Assembly (NCBI GenBank): GCA_965228735.1
Contig: OZ245838.1
Coordinates: 3,328,001 to 3,392,000, forward strand
Origin: Planctomycetota bacterium
Lineage (GTDB): Bacteria; Planctomycetota; UBA1135; UBA2386
DNA length: 64,000 nucleotides
Direction of reading: 5' to 3'
The translations under genes and the position numbers were made by a program. How positions within the stretch are numbered: position 1 is the first letter of the stretch; every line of letters begins with the position of its first letter. Below, piece by piece: positions 27,028 to 37,542 of the stretch. The notes beneath the pieces were generated by a model that saw nothing but the letters and a program-made list of their open reading frames with translations, had not been told where the DNA came from and did not search any database.

Positions 27028-27684
27028 TCACACCACCTTCATCACATCATCCAACGGCCGCCGCTCGAGCGCCTTGCTCGGCACCTCGCAGTCGTCCGTC
27101 GGATAACCAACCGGGATCAGCAGGAACGGGCGTTCGTGCTTCGGGCGGCCGAGGATGTCGCCGAGGAACGCCATCGGACTCGGGGTGTGGGTCAGCGTCG
27201 CGAGGCCGGCCATCTGCGCGGCCGCGAGGAACATGCCGCAGGCGAGTCCCACCGACTCCTTGAGGTAGTAGACCTGGCTGCCGTCGTCCATCTTGCTCAT
27301 CTGGAAGACGACGACGAGCCACGGCGCGATCTCGAGGAACTCCTTGTGGTCATCGGTGCCGAGCGGCGCGAGGTCCCGGAGCCACTCCTCGTTGGCGCGG
27401 CGTTCGTAGAACTCGCGTTCCTCGGCCTCGGCACCGAGGCGGATCTCCTTCTTCTTCGCGGGATCCTGCACGCAGACGAAGCGCCACGGCTGCTTGTTGG
27501 CGCCGCTCGGCGCGCTGTGCGCGCAGCGGACGAGATTCTCGATGGTCTCGCGGCTGACCGGCCGATCGCTGAACATCCGCACGCTGCGCCGGCGCCGGAG
27601 CACGTCGTAGAACTCCGCCGCGGCCTGCTCCGGCGGAACGTCGGGAACGAATCGGTCGGGGTACGGCACGAACGGCGCGGTCAT
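27028..27684 (-). CDS. nitroreductase family, iodotyrosine deiodinase-like
   Basis: RRSVRMFS, APSGANKQPW, AEEREFY, YYLKESVGLACG, LTHTPSPM, PVGYP. Confidence 0.85.
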   Translation of the reverse strand: MTAPFVPYPDRFVPDVPPEQAAAEFYDVLRRRRSVRMFSDRPVSRETIENLVRCAHSAPSGANKQPWRFVCVQDPAKKKEIRLGAEAEEREFYERRANEEWLRDLAPLGTDDHKEFLEIAPWLVVVFQMSKMDDGSQVYYLKESVGLACGMFLAAAQMAGLATLTHTPSPMAFLGDILGRPKHERPFLLIPVGYPTDDCEVPSKALERRPLDDVMKVV

Positions 27685-27752
27685 GCGCTCACTGGGCCGT
27701 TGCGGCCCCGGAAGGTCAAGCCCGTATGATCGCGCCGCGACGAACCGCGCCG

Positions 27753-30278
27753 ATGACCGACGTTCCAAAAAGCCCCTCCGAGAGCAACCCGGCCGATCTC
27801 CCCGAGGCCGTCGAGGACGAGGTGCTCGCGATCCTCGAGGGCGACGACGCGGTGCGCGACACGGCGCTGCGCGATCTGCTGCAGCAGCACGCGGGCCACG
27901 CGCGCACGATCCGGGCCTGGCTCACGCGCGCGGGCGTGGCGGTCCCCGCCGTCGTGACGACGGGCGGCACCGTCGTCGAGGGCGAGGACCTCGATGCCCT
28001 GCCCACTCGCATCGGTCGCTACCTGCTGCAGGAACGGATCGGGCGCGGCGGGTTCGGCACGGTCTATCGCGCCGAGCAACAAGAACCGTTCCGGCGTCCG
28101 GTCGCGGTCAAGGTCCTCAACCCCGGCATGGACTCGCGCGAGATCCTCGGGCGCTTCTCGGCCGAACGCGAGGCGCTCAACCGCATGGATCACCCGGGGA
28201 TCGCCCGCCTGCTCGACGCCGGATCGACGGCCGCGGGACGCCCGTTCTTCGTGATGGAACTCGTCGAGGGCGCCTCACTCGCGACGCACTGCCGGCAACG
28301 CGGGCTCGGGCTGCGACGACGCCTCGAGCTCTTCCTCAAGGTGCTCGACGCGATGCAGCACGCGCACCAGAAGGCCGTGCTGCATCGCGACCTGAGCTCC
28401 AACAACGTGCTCGTCACCGAGGTCGACGGACGACTGCAGCCCAAGATCATCGACTTCGGGATCGCCAAGTCGATGGCGGACCCGCTGCTGTCGGGCGGCG
28501 CGCGGACGTTCACGGGCACGATGCTCGGCACGCCCGAGTTCATGAGCCCGGAACAGGCGGCCGGCGACGTGCGCGACGTCGACACCCGCGCCGACGTGTA
28601 TGCGCTCGGAGTGCAGCTCTACGAACTGCTCACCGATCAGCTGCCGATCCCGACGCACGAACTGCGGGCACAGGGCATCGCCGGCATGGCGCAGATCGTG
28701 CGCGACTACACGCCACGGCCGCCGAGTGCGGCGGCCGTGCATCGCTTCGCCGACGAGCTCGAGGGCGACCTCGACGCGATCACGATGCGCGCGATCCAGA
28801 AGCGCCGCGACGAGCGCTACGCGACGGTCGCCGAGCTCGCGACGGACATCCGTGCGTTCCTCGATCATGAACCGATCCGCGCACGCCCGGCCTCGCGCTG
28901 GTATCGCCTCGTCAAGTTCGTGCAACGGCGCCGGGCGGAGAGCGTCGCGATCGCGGCGGTCGCGATCGGCCTCATCGCGACGAGCGGAGCGCTGTGGTGG
29001 GCGCTGGCCGTCACCAACCAGGCGCTCGCGGACGCCGAGACCCAGAAACAGCAGATCGAGCAACGCGCGGACGCCGGCTTCCGGCTGCTGGCCAACGCGG
29101 AGAAGCTGGTCGCCGCGCGCGCGACCGCAGCCGAACTGCCGCCGCCGTGGCCCGAGAACCGCGCCGCGTTCGAGGCCTGGCTCGAGGATCGCGGCGAACC
29201 GCTCGTCGATGAGCTGCCCCAGGTGCGCGGCAAGATCACGGAGCTCGAACAACGCAACTCGGCCGACATCGTCGATCGACATCTCGAGTCCGCGCTGCGC
29301 CGACTCGCGACGAGCCTCGACCGCTTCGAGCACACCACGCTGCGGCGCGTGCGCAGCAAGCTCGCGCTGCTCGAATCCCTCGCGGCGGCTGCTGATCACG
29401 CCGCGGCGTGGGACCGGGCGATCGTCGCCGTGCAGCAGCGATACGACGGCATCACGCTGCCGCGCGTGCCCGGCCTGCTGCCGCTCGGCGAGAACCCGAA
29501 CACCGGCCTGCAGGAGTTCCTCGACCTCGCGAGCCATGCGCGCGGTGCACCGCCGCCCGGTCGCCACCCCGACAGCGGCGAGCTCGAGCTCACGCCCAGA
29601 ACCGGCATCGTGTTCGTGCTCGTTCCGGGTGAGGGCTTCCGCATCGGCGTCGCGCCGTCCCCGGGACTGCCGCTGTTCGACCCCGCGGCCGAGCCCGACG
29701 AGCACGACGGGGATCGCATGCTGCTCGACCCGTTCTTGCTGGCCAAGACGGAGGTCACCAAGGCGCAGTGGGCGCGACTGACCGGCGATGCACCGCCGCC
29801 CGACGACGGTGCGATGCTGCCGATCGCGAACCTGTCCTGGGCCGACGCGCGCGTCCTGCTGCGCCAGTTCGATCTCGATCTGCCGACGGAGGCGCAGTGG
29901 GAGTTCGCGTGCCGCGCCGACGCGGCAACGGGGCCGGGGACCGAACCGTCGACCGCCGCGGCGCACCTCACGCTGCGGTTCCAGGCGAGCAGCCCGGCAC
30001 CCGTCGCGTCGTTCCCGCCCAACGGGTTCGGGCTGTTCGACCTGCGCGGCAACGTCGCCGAGTGGTGCCTCGACGAGAAACTCCCCTACGACCAGTTCGC
30101 GGCGCGCGACGGCGACGGCCTGCGCCGCCGGCTCACCGAACGCGACGCCACGGCGCGCGTCGTGCGCGGCGGGCGATTCTACGACCCGCTCGAGAAGACG
30201 CGGCCGACGAGCCGGCACGCGATCCCGGCCGAGACGCACAACGACGGCGTCGGCGTGCGGCCGGTTCGCCACTACTGA
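27753..30278 (+). CDS. membrane Ser/Thr kinase with C-terminal FGE-sulfatase (SUMF1) domain
   Basis: GRGGFG, VAVK, HRDLSSNN, DFG, GTPEFMSPE; TM; TEVT, LPTEAQWEFACRA, PNGFGLFDLRGNVAEW, RGG. Confidence 0.9.
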   Translation: MTDVPKSPSESNPADLPEAVEDEVLAILEGDDAVRDTALRDLLQQHAGHARTIRAWLTRAGVAVPAVVTTGGTVVEGEDLDALPTRIGRYLLQERIGRGGFGTVYRAEQQEPFRRPVAVKVLNPGMDSREILGRFSAEREALNRMDHPGIARLLDAGSTAAGRPFFVMELVEGASLATHCRQRGLGLRRRLELFLKVLDAMQHAHQKAVLHRDLSSNNVLVTEVDGRLQPKIIDFGIAKSMADPLLSGGARTFTGTMLGTPEFMSPEQAAGDVRDVDTRADVYALGVQLYELLTDQLPIPTHELRAQGIAGMAQIVRDYTPRPPSAAAVHRFADELEGDLDAITMRAIQKRRDERYATVAELATDIRAFLDHEPIRARPASRWYRLVKFVQRRRAESVAIAAVAIGLIATSGALWWALAVTNQALADAETQKQQIEQRADAGFRLLANAEKLVAARATAAELPPPWPENRAAFEAWLEDRGEPLVDELPQVRGKITELEQRNSADIVDRHLESALRRLATSLDRFEHTTLRRVRSKLALLESLAAAADHAAAWDRAIVAVQQRYDGITLPRVPGLLPLGENPNTGLQEFLDLASHARGAPPPGRHPDSGELELTPRTGIVFVLVPGEGFRIGVAPSPGLPLFDPAAEPDEHDGDRMLLDPFLLAKTEVTKAQWARLTGDAPPPDDGAMLPIANLSWADARVLLRQFDLDLPTEAQWEFACRADAATGPGTEPSTAAAHLTLRFQASSPAPVASFPPNGFGLFDLRGNVAEWCLDEKLPYDQFAARDGDGLRRRLTERDATARVVRGGRFYDPLEKTRPTSRHAIPAETHNDGVGVRPVRHY

Positions 30279-30314
30279 TTTCCCCGCTGCGGGCGAACCC
30301 GCCCGGCGCACGCG

Positions 30315-31361
30315 CTACTCGAGCCCGAGCGCCCGCCGCACCGCGGTCTGATCGATCTCGCCGCCCGCGAAGTCGTCGAAGGCCTTCTCCGCGGGCTTGA
30401 TCATGTGCGCGGCGATGAACGGCGCGCCTTCCTCGGCGCCCTGCTGACCGTCCTTGAAGCAGCACTCCCACTCGAGCACGGCCCAGCCCTCGTAGCCGTA
30501 CTTCGTCAGCTGCGTGAAGATGCCGGCGAAATCGACCTCGCCGTCGCCCGTCGAACGGAAGCGACCCGCGCGGTTCTTCCAACTCTGGTAGCCGCCGTAG
30601 ATGCCGACGCGACCGTTGGGCCGGAACTCGGCGTCCTTCACGTGGAACGACTTGATGCGGTCGTGGTAGAAGTCGATGAACTCGAGATAGTCGAGCTGCT
30701 GCAGCACGAAGTGGCTCGGGTCGTAGAGCAGGCACGCGCGGGCGTGGCCGTCGACCTGCTGCAAGAACTCCTCGTAGCTCGCGCCGTCGTGGATGTCCTC
30801 GCCCGGGTGCACCTCGAAGCTGCAGTCGACACCGCACTCGTCGGCGTAGTCGAGCAGCGGACGCCAACGGCGCGCGAGCTCCTTGAAGCCCTCTTCGACG
30901 AGTCCCGCCGGCCGCTGCGGCCACGGGTAGACGGTGTGCCACATGAGCGCGCCGGGAAACGTCGGCATCGACGTGAGCCCCATGTTCTGGCTCGCCTTCA
31001 GGCACCACTTCACCTGCTGGCTGCCGTACTCGTGCATCGCTTCCGGGGTGTTCACGCCGTCCGGCGCGAACGCCTGGAACATCGACGCATAGGCCGGGTG
31101 CACCGCGACGAGTTGCCCCTGCAGGTGCGTGCTGAGCTCGGTGATCTCCACGCCGGCGGCCTTGCTCTGCCCCATGAGCTCCTCGCAGTAGGCCTTGCTC
31201 TCGGCGGCCTTCTGCAGGTCCATGCAACGACCATCCCAGGTCGGCACCTGCACGCCGATGTAGCCGAGGCCGGCAGCCCAGCTGCAGGCTGATTTCCATT
31301 CGTTGAGCGGCGCGTCGTCGCTCATGAACTGGGCGAGGAAGATTCCGGGTCCTTTCATCAT
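30315..31361 (-). CDS. sugar phosphate isomerase/epimerase (xylose isomerase-like TIM barrel)
   Basis: EVHPGED, YDPSH, FHVKDAEF, VLEWEC. Confidence 0.9.
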   Translation of the reverse strand: MMKGPGIFLAQFMSDDAPLNEWKSACSWAAGLGYIGVQVPTWDGRCMDLQKAAESKAYCEELMGQSKAAGVEITELSTHLQGQLVAVHPAYASMFQAFAPDGVNTPEAMHEYGSQQVKWCLKASQNMGLTSMPTFPGALMWHTVYPWPQRPAGLVEEGFKELARRWRPLLDYADECGVDCSFEVHPGEDIHDGASYEEFLQQVDGHARACLLYDPSHFVLQQLDYLEFIDFYHDRIKSFHVKDAEFRPNGRVGIYGGYQSWKNRAGRFRSTGDGEVDFAGIFTQLTKYGYEGWAVLEWECCFKDGQQGAEEGAPFIAAHMIKPAEKAFDDFAGGEIDQTAVRRALGLE

Positions 31362-31430
31362 GGCCGTCGCACAGTAGCCGCCAGCTCTCCCAGCTGCCAG
31401 CCAACCCGCTGCCAGTCAACCGGGCGACGG

Positions 31431-32597
31431 CTACTTCGGGATCTTGACCCAGCCGCCGCTCTTCACCGACTGCTGCGCCGACTCGAGCACGGCCTGCACC
31501 CGCACCCCATCGTCGAAGTTCGGCGCGAACTTCGACTTGTCGTGCAGCGCGGTGACGAAGTCGGCGAGGTGGTGCACGAACGTGTGCTCGTAGCCGACGA
31601 TGTGACCGTCCGGCCACCAGTTGGGCGCGTACGGGTGCACGTCGTCCATGCACATCACCGTGCGGAAGCCCTGCGCGTCACGCGGATCCTTGGTCGAGAA
31701 GACCTCGAGCTCGTTCATCCGTTCGAGGTTCCACCGGATCGAACCGGTCTCGCCCGAGATCTCGAGGCAGTTGTAGTTCTTGCGCCCGGGTGCGGTGCGG
31801 GTCGCCTCGAACGTGCCGATCGCACCGCCCTTGAACTTCGCGAGGAAGCAGAACGCGTCGTCGACCGTCACCTTGGCCTTCTCGCCCCGCTTGCCGGTCG
31901 GCCGCTCCTTGGTGAACGTCTGCTGCATCCCGCACACGGCGTCGAACTCGAGCCCCGTGATCGCGCGCGTCAGATCGATGAGGTGTGCGTTGAGGTCGCC
32001 GTGCGCGCCGCTGCCGCACGCCTTCTTGTCCGTCCGCCAGCTCGCCGGCACCTTCGGATCCGCGAGCCAGTCCTGCAGGTAGACCGCGCGCACCTGGCGG
32101 ACCGCCCCGATGTCGCCGCGCGCGACCATCTTCGCGGCCAGCGCGGTCGCCGGCGCGCGGCGGTAGTTGTGCCACAGGCCGACCCGCACCCGCTGCTTCT
32201 TCGCGAGCGCGGCCATCGCCTTGGCCTCCGTGAACGTCATCGCCAGCGGCTTCTCGCAGAGCACGTTCTTCTTGGCCTGCAGCGCCGCCATCGTGATCGG
32301 GTAGTGGCTGTCATTGGGCGTCGCGACATCGACGACATGGATGTCGGGATCGGCGAGCACGGCGTCGAGGTCCGTCGTCGCGGACTCGAAACCGAGCTTC
32401 TGCGCCGCGGCAGCCGCGCGCTTCCGATCCCGCCCGACGATCACCTTCGGCACGATCTGGAACGGCAGATCGAAGAACCGGTTGGCCTGCCGGGCAGCGT
32501 TGGCATGGGCCCGGCCCATGAAGGCGTGGCCGACCATGGCGATGTTGAGAACGGACCTGCTGCGCTGGGCAGCGTTCGATTGCGACGCGAGGCTCAT
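31431..32597 (-). CDS. Gfo/Idh/MocA family oxidoreductase
   Basis: VGHAFMGRAH, TPNDSH, CEKPLA, GDLNAHLID, GHIVGYEHTF. Confidence 0.92.
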   Translation of the reverse strand: MSLASQSNAAQRSRSVLNIAMVGHAFMGRAHANAARQANRFFDLPFQIVPKVIVGRDRKRAAAAAQKLGFESATTDLDAVLADPDIHVVDVATPNDSHYPITMAALQAKKNVLCEKPLAMTFTEAKAMAALAKKQRVRVGLWHNYRRAPATALAAKMVARGDIGAVRQVRAVYLQDWLADPKVPASWRTDKKACGSGAHGDLNAHLIDLTRAITGLEFDAVCGMQQTFTKERPTGKRGEKAKVTVDDAFCFLAKFKGGAIGTFEATRTAPGRKNYNCLEISGETGSIRWNLERMNELEVFSTKDPRDAQGFRTVMCMDDVHPYAPNWWPDGHIVGYEHTFVHHLADFVTALHDKSKFAPNFDDGVRVQAVLESAQQSVKSGGWVKIPK

Positions 32598-32639
32598 GGG
32601 CCGCGCACGATACGCACCGGCACCGCGCCGCGCGACCGC

Positions 32640-35600
32640 TTATCGGGCGCCGCCGAAGAGGACGCGGACGTTGCGATCCAGCGGTCCGAAGTTGGTATCC
32701 CAGCCGATGAACAGATCCAGCACCCGGTCGCCGTTGTAGTCGCCGAGGTCGAGCGCCATCGCCGCGGCGCGATCGCCGAGGCGCGAGGGGGACACGAAGC
32801 GCGCATCGCCGAAGACGCCGGGCTCGGTGCTCAGGTAGAACGCGACCGCGGTCGTCGTCGGAAGGGCGGCGTCATCCGTGATCGCGATCACCACGTCGAT
32901 CGCGCCGTCACCGTTCACGTCGCCGAGCGCGAGCCGGGTCGGGTCACCGGGCACGATCGCCCGCGGTGACGAGAGGCTCTCCTGGAACGCCGCGACATCC
33001 ACCTCGGCGCCGGGTCCCGCGACCGGCTGCGCGACGTTGCGATACACCCGCAACGTGCTGTCACCCGCAGCGGCAACGAGCAGGTCGATGCTGCCGTCGC
33101 GATCGAAGTCGTCGGCGACGATCCGGGTCGGCGCGCTGCCCGCGACGAGGAATCGCGGCCCGGGCTGCACGAAGCTCGGCACGAAGCGGTCCTCGGCCGG
33201 CGACCCGCCGGGCAGGTACCGGAAGAACCGCACGTGGTCGCCATCCAGCGGATCGCCCACGGTCGCAAACGGCACGGCGAGCGCGAGCTCGAGTTCACGG
33301 AACCCGATCGAGTTCGCCACGAAGTCGCCGAGCGCGAAGTCCGTCGCTTCTCCGTGCACCACGGTCGCCGCGATCGGATCGTGGAACGGGGTCTGACCCG
33401 GCGTCGGGTTCGCGCGGCCGCGCAGCAGGACGAGCAGCGCGGTGTCGGCAGCCGGCGGCACTGCGAAACGCAGCAGCGCGGTGACGTCGTAGATGCCGTC
33501 GCCATCGACGTCCGCAACCTCGACGATCGAGTTCGCGGACAGCGTCGCCGTGCGCAGTTCCGGCTTCGGACTGATCGCGCGAAGCTCGGAGGTGAAGCTC
33601 AGCTCGAGCGGCGTCTGGTACGGCCGCCAATACCCGAGCCGCGACTGCGCGTCGAAGAAGACGAGGGCCTCGACCGTTCCCGGGTCCGCCGGCACGCGCT
33701 TGACCGTCGTCGGGACGATGTTCGGAGCGGACAACGAGCCACCGGGAATCGGGAAACCGCCGGACCCGTCGTTCTCGAGCAGATCGATGCCGCCGGCTCG
33801 CCCCACCGCCAGATCACGCACGCTGTCCTCGCCGGCGATCGCCGGGTCGCTCCAGTTGCCGCCGACGATCGCCTGGACCTGCTCGTTCCAGCGGCCGCCA
33901 CCGTCCGGCGGCAGGAGCACCGGCCCTTGCTGCGCGTTGAACACGAGCAGCGTCGACAGTCGACGCTCGATCTCGCCGTCGACGAGGCTCTCGTGCACGG
34001 CGAACACCGCCTGGGCGCCACGCGGCAGGGACGGCGACGCCGGGAACGCGCGACTGAAGTCCAACGAGCGCACGGTCCGGATCTCCGTGCCATCGTCCGG
34101 GATGCCGCCCGACACGGGGAAGAAGCCCGAGCCCGTGAACTCGAACACACCGACCGAAACGACGGTGGCGAACACCTCGTCACGGATCGCGACGACGAGT
34201 TCGAGTTCTTCGGAACTCTCACCGTCGAGGTCGGCGATCAGGCTCGTGCCACGCGGATCGGCGCCGAGCGGAAAGACGGACACCGGACCTTCGTACGACC
34301 GCGGCACGCTCTGCTGCAGGGTCGCGATGAGCGCCTGCGGATCGGCCCCGACGCCGTCGTCGTCACCGCCGAGCACGAGCCCGAGCGATTGGTGCGGTTC
34401 GTCGCCGCAGGCATGCAGCCCGATCGCGGGCGAACCGGGATCGGGCGTGTAGCCGGGCACCGCGAGGTCGAGCTCGACCGCGGGATCGAACGTGCCATCG
34501 CCACGGCCATAGGCGACGTCGAGGCGCATCTGCACCCCATCGGTGACGGCGACATCGAGGAACCCGTCACCGTCGAGATCGGCGACCTCGACGGCCTGGT
34601 ACTCCATCGCGCGCACGGGCACGTCGATCGGCTGCGCGAACCCGGGCTGCCCCACGCCGAGGGGCCGTGACAGCAGGACCTGCGGCCTCACGGCGGGCCC
34701 GGCGCCCGGTCCGGGCACGAGCAGCAGGTCATCGAGGCCGTCGCCGTCGAACTTCCCGATCCGGCACGAGGCCATGCCGGCCGCCCCCGACACCCGGTGC
34801 AGCGCGCCGAGCGGGGTCGCGGGCTTGGCCTGCCCGAGCACCACGTGGTGCACGGCGTCGAGCTCGCCCGCGTTGACGACGAACAGGTCGGGGATCGCGT
34901 CACCGTCGAAGTCCGCGGCGCACAGGTCGCGCGGGTTGCGTTCGGCCGCGACCTCCGGGTCGCCGATCCGGCGGCGCGCGCCGAAGCGCAGGAACATGCC
35001 GTTCTCGAGCGCGACGAGCAGCTGCACGAAGCCGGCTCCCGCTTCCTCGGTCAGCACGGCGAAGTCGGGCGCATCGGTCGTGATCGGCGCGTTGTCGATC
35101 GCGATCGGCGCGACGGACACGGGAAACTGGTCGAGCACGGCACCGCGCGGTCCGAAGAACGGATCGGGGTTCGCGAACAGGAACACCTGGCTCGCGACGA
35201 CCGGCGCGGTGACCTCGCCGAGGTCGACACCGAGCTCGATGTCGACCTGACCGGGCCGACCGTCGGGCGACGCCGGCATGCGGAACACGAGCCGGTCGAG
35301 CCCCGAGATCTCCTCACGAAAGTCCTCGCGCGCGAGATCGACCCGCCGCTCGCCCTTGGTGAAGGACAACTCGACGCCGTCGAACGACAGCTGCGGCGGG
35401 TTCACGGAGAAGTCGTAGGTCGCGAGCGCCGTGCCGATGAGCGTGACGAGATTGCCGCCCGTCGTGACGCCCTGGCTCGGCAGCGCGAGCGTGATCTCGG
35501 GCCGGTAGTGCACCAGCACGCGCGTCGACTCGCCCGCCACCGCATCGCGCACGAACAGCTCGGCGCGATCGGCGAACCCGTGACCGGGAACGGTCGCGGT

Positions 35601-36324
35601 CAGGGTCGCAACGCCCACCCCGGTCGCCGTCACGTCGAGGTTGGAACACGGCCGCACGAGGATCGCCGGGCGCGCCCGTGGGGTCCGCGTTCGCGGGGTC
35701 GCGCGTGGCGACCAGCATCTCGAGGTTCTCGGGCTCGACGGATGGCAACCCACTCACGACGAGCGTGACGGTCTCGCCGAGCGGCGACAGGAACTTCGTC
35801 TCGCCGAGGATCGGGTCGAACTCGAACCGTGGCTGACGCACGAGAACGATCGGCACGGGCGCCGCGATCGCGACACCGTCGACGAGGACCGACAGCTCCG
35901 CGTCGACGTCGCCGGACGCCGGATTGCCGATCACGGCGCGGATCGGCGCCGTGTCGAGCCCGAACGTGATCGACGTCGATCCGCCCTGGCCCGCGATCGA
36001 CGGCGCGGGCTGGTCGACGACGACACCCGCGGCGGCGATCGTCACGCGCACGGGCGCGGACGCCGGGATCTGCGCGTTGGCGACGACGACCGTGCGCGTG
36101 GAGCCCGGGACCGGCGCGAGCGGCAGGAGCGGCGAGAGCGTGAGCTCGGGCGGACGCAGCTCCGGGGTCTCGCTGCCGTTGTTCTCGTTCGCCGCGATGC
36201 CGGTGATGAGGCCGGCTCCACACGCAGCGAGCGGCAGCAGCGCCACGAGTGCCAACCACGACCGGACCGGTCTCGGGCCACGGCGACGCCGGGCGCGGAA
36301 GCGCGTTCTCGAGCAGGGAGGCAT
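32640..36324 (-). pseudogene. large FG-GAP/VCBS-repeat lipoprotein, frameshifted near 35669 (pseudogene or sequencing error)
   Basis: Lipobox LAAC in ORF 35314-36396; DFDGD/DLDGDG/DVNGDG repeats in ORF 32640-35753; removing one base in GGG 35668-35670 joins TGAP to AILVRP. Confidence 0.75.
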
Positions 36325-36429
36325 ACCCGAGAAGTCTACCCGGTCGAGCGCATCGCGGCGGCGATGGGGCCCGGCGCGCCGTGATCGCGATGGCACGGGA
36401 TCGACCGCGCCCCGAAGGCGGCCAGCGCG

Positions 36430-36846
36430 CTAGAGCGCCAGGTGCTGCTCGAACATCGCCGTGAGGTCGCCGGCGACCTCGTCGGGCCGGCGACCCTCGA
36501 TACGCTGCCGCGTCAGGAGGTCGACGAGCCGCCCCCCGCGAACGAGCGCGACCGCGGGACTCGACGGCGGCGCGTCCGCGAAGTGTGACCGCGCCTGCGC
36601 CGTCGCGGCCGCGTCCTGACCGGCGAACACGGTCGCCAGTCGGGCCGGGCGAAGCCCGCTCTGCATCGCGAGCACGATGCCCGGTCGAGCGGAGCGGGCG
36701 GCGCAATCGCAGACCGAGTTGAAGACGAGCAACCCGCTCCCCGCGTCGCTCATCCACGCATCGACGTCCGCCGCCGTCCGCAGCTCGCGCGCACCGATGC
36801 GCACGAGCTCGTCACGCATCGGCTGCACGAGGTCTCGCGGATACAC
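36430..36846 (-). CDS. BrxA/BrxB (YphP/YqiW) bacilliredoxin family
   Basis: YP..VQPMRDEL, NSVCDCAA..ARPG, TVFAGQD, PPSSP, RQRIEGR. Confidence 0.88.
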   Translation of the reverse strand: MYPRDLVQPMRDELVRIGARELRTAADVDAWMSDAGSGLLVFNSVCDCAARSARPGIVLAMQSGLRPARLATVFAGQDAAATAQARSHFADAPPSSPAVALVRGGRLVDLLTRQRIEGRRPDEVAGDLTAMFEQHLAL

Positions 36847-36893
36847 GCCGAGCACGATACGGCAACGCGCCCGATCGGCGCGGACAATCCCGC

Positions 36894-37493
36894 TCAGCCA
36901 GCGGCCGCCAGCGCGGCCTCGATCGCGGCCTGCGTCTGCTTGCCGCGCAGGCCGAATCGCACGACGCCCTGCGCGTCGACGACGTAGGTCACCGGCGTGA
37001 CCTGCGACCACGCGACCTTGTGGAACTCGTCCATGAACTTCGCGTCCGCCATGAGGATCGGTCGCGCGTAGTTCTTGCGTTCGATCGTCGCCGTCGTGAG
37101 CTCGTCGTCGAACTCCATGACGACGTCCGTCATGACGTGTAACAGCACGACGTCGGCGGGCAGCGCGGCCTCGAGCGCGCGAATCTCCGGCGCCTCGATC
37201 TCACACGATCCACAGCGCGACCGGAAGAAGTGCAGCACGGCCCGGCGACCCTGCAGGTCGGCGTGCGTCCACTCCTTGCCGGTGCGGTCCGCGAGCCGGA
37301 ACTCGGGAACGGGTCGGTCGACGGCGTTCTCGATGAGGCCATCGACGTGCGCCCGCACGGCGGCCATGACACCGAAGTAGGCGGCGACGACCACGCCGAT
37401 CCCGATCACGGCAACGAGCGGACCGCGGCGGCGGCTGCGGCGACGCGGGGCGTTCGGCGGCTGCTGGGCTTCTGGCTGGGAAGAGTCGCTCAT
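36894..37493 (-). CDS. membrane-anchored TlpA/redoxin family thioredoxin-like protein
   Basis: TM, PEFRLAD, CGSC..E.P, TPVTYVVD..G. Confidence 0.85.
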   Translation of the reverse strand: MSDSSQPEAQQPPNAPRRRSRRRGPLVAVIGIGVVVAAYFGVMAAVRAHVDGLIENAVDRPVPEFRLADRTGKEWTHADLQGRRAVLHFFRSRCGSCEIEAPEIRALEAALPADVVLLHVMTDVVMEFDDELTTATIERKNYARPILMADAKFMDEFHKVAWSQVTPVTYVVDAQGVVRFGLRGKQTQAAIEAALAAAG

Positions 37494-37542
37494 GTCCGAG
37501 TGCTACGACGCGGGCCGGGGAAAGTCACGAAAACGGGTCCAC

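Noticed and set aside
31376..31421. Short GCTGCCAG(C/T)CAACC repeats between the Gfo and isomerase genes
   Set aside because: Two 14-nt copies plus fragments; too short to support an element
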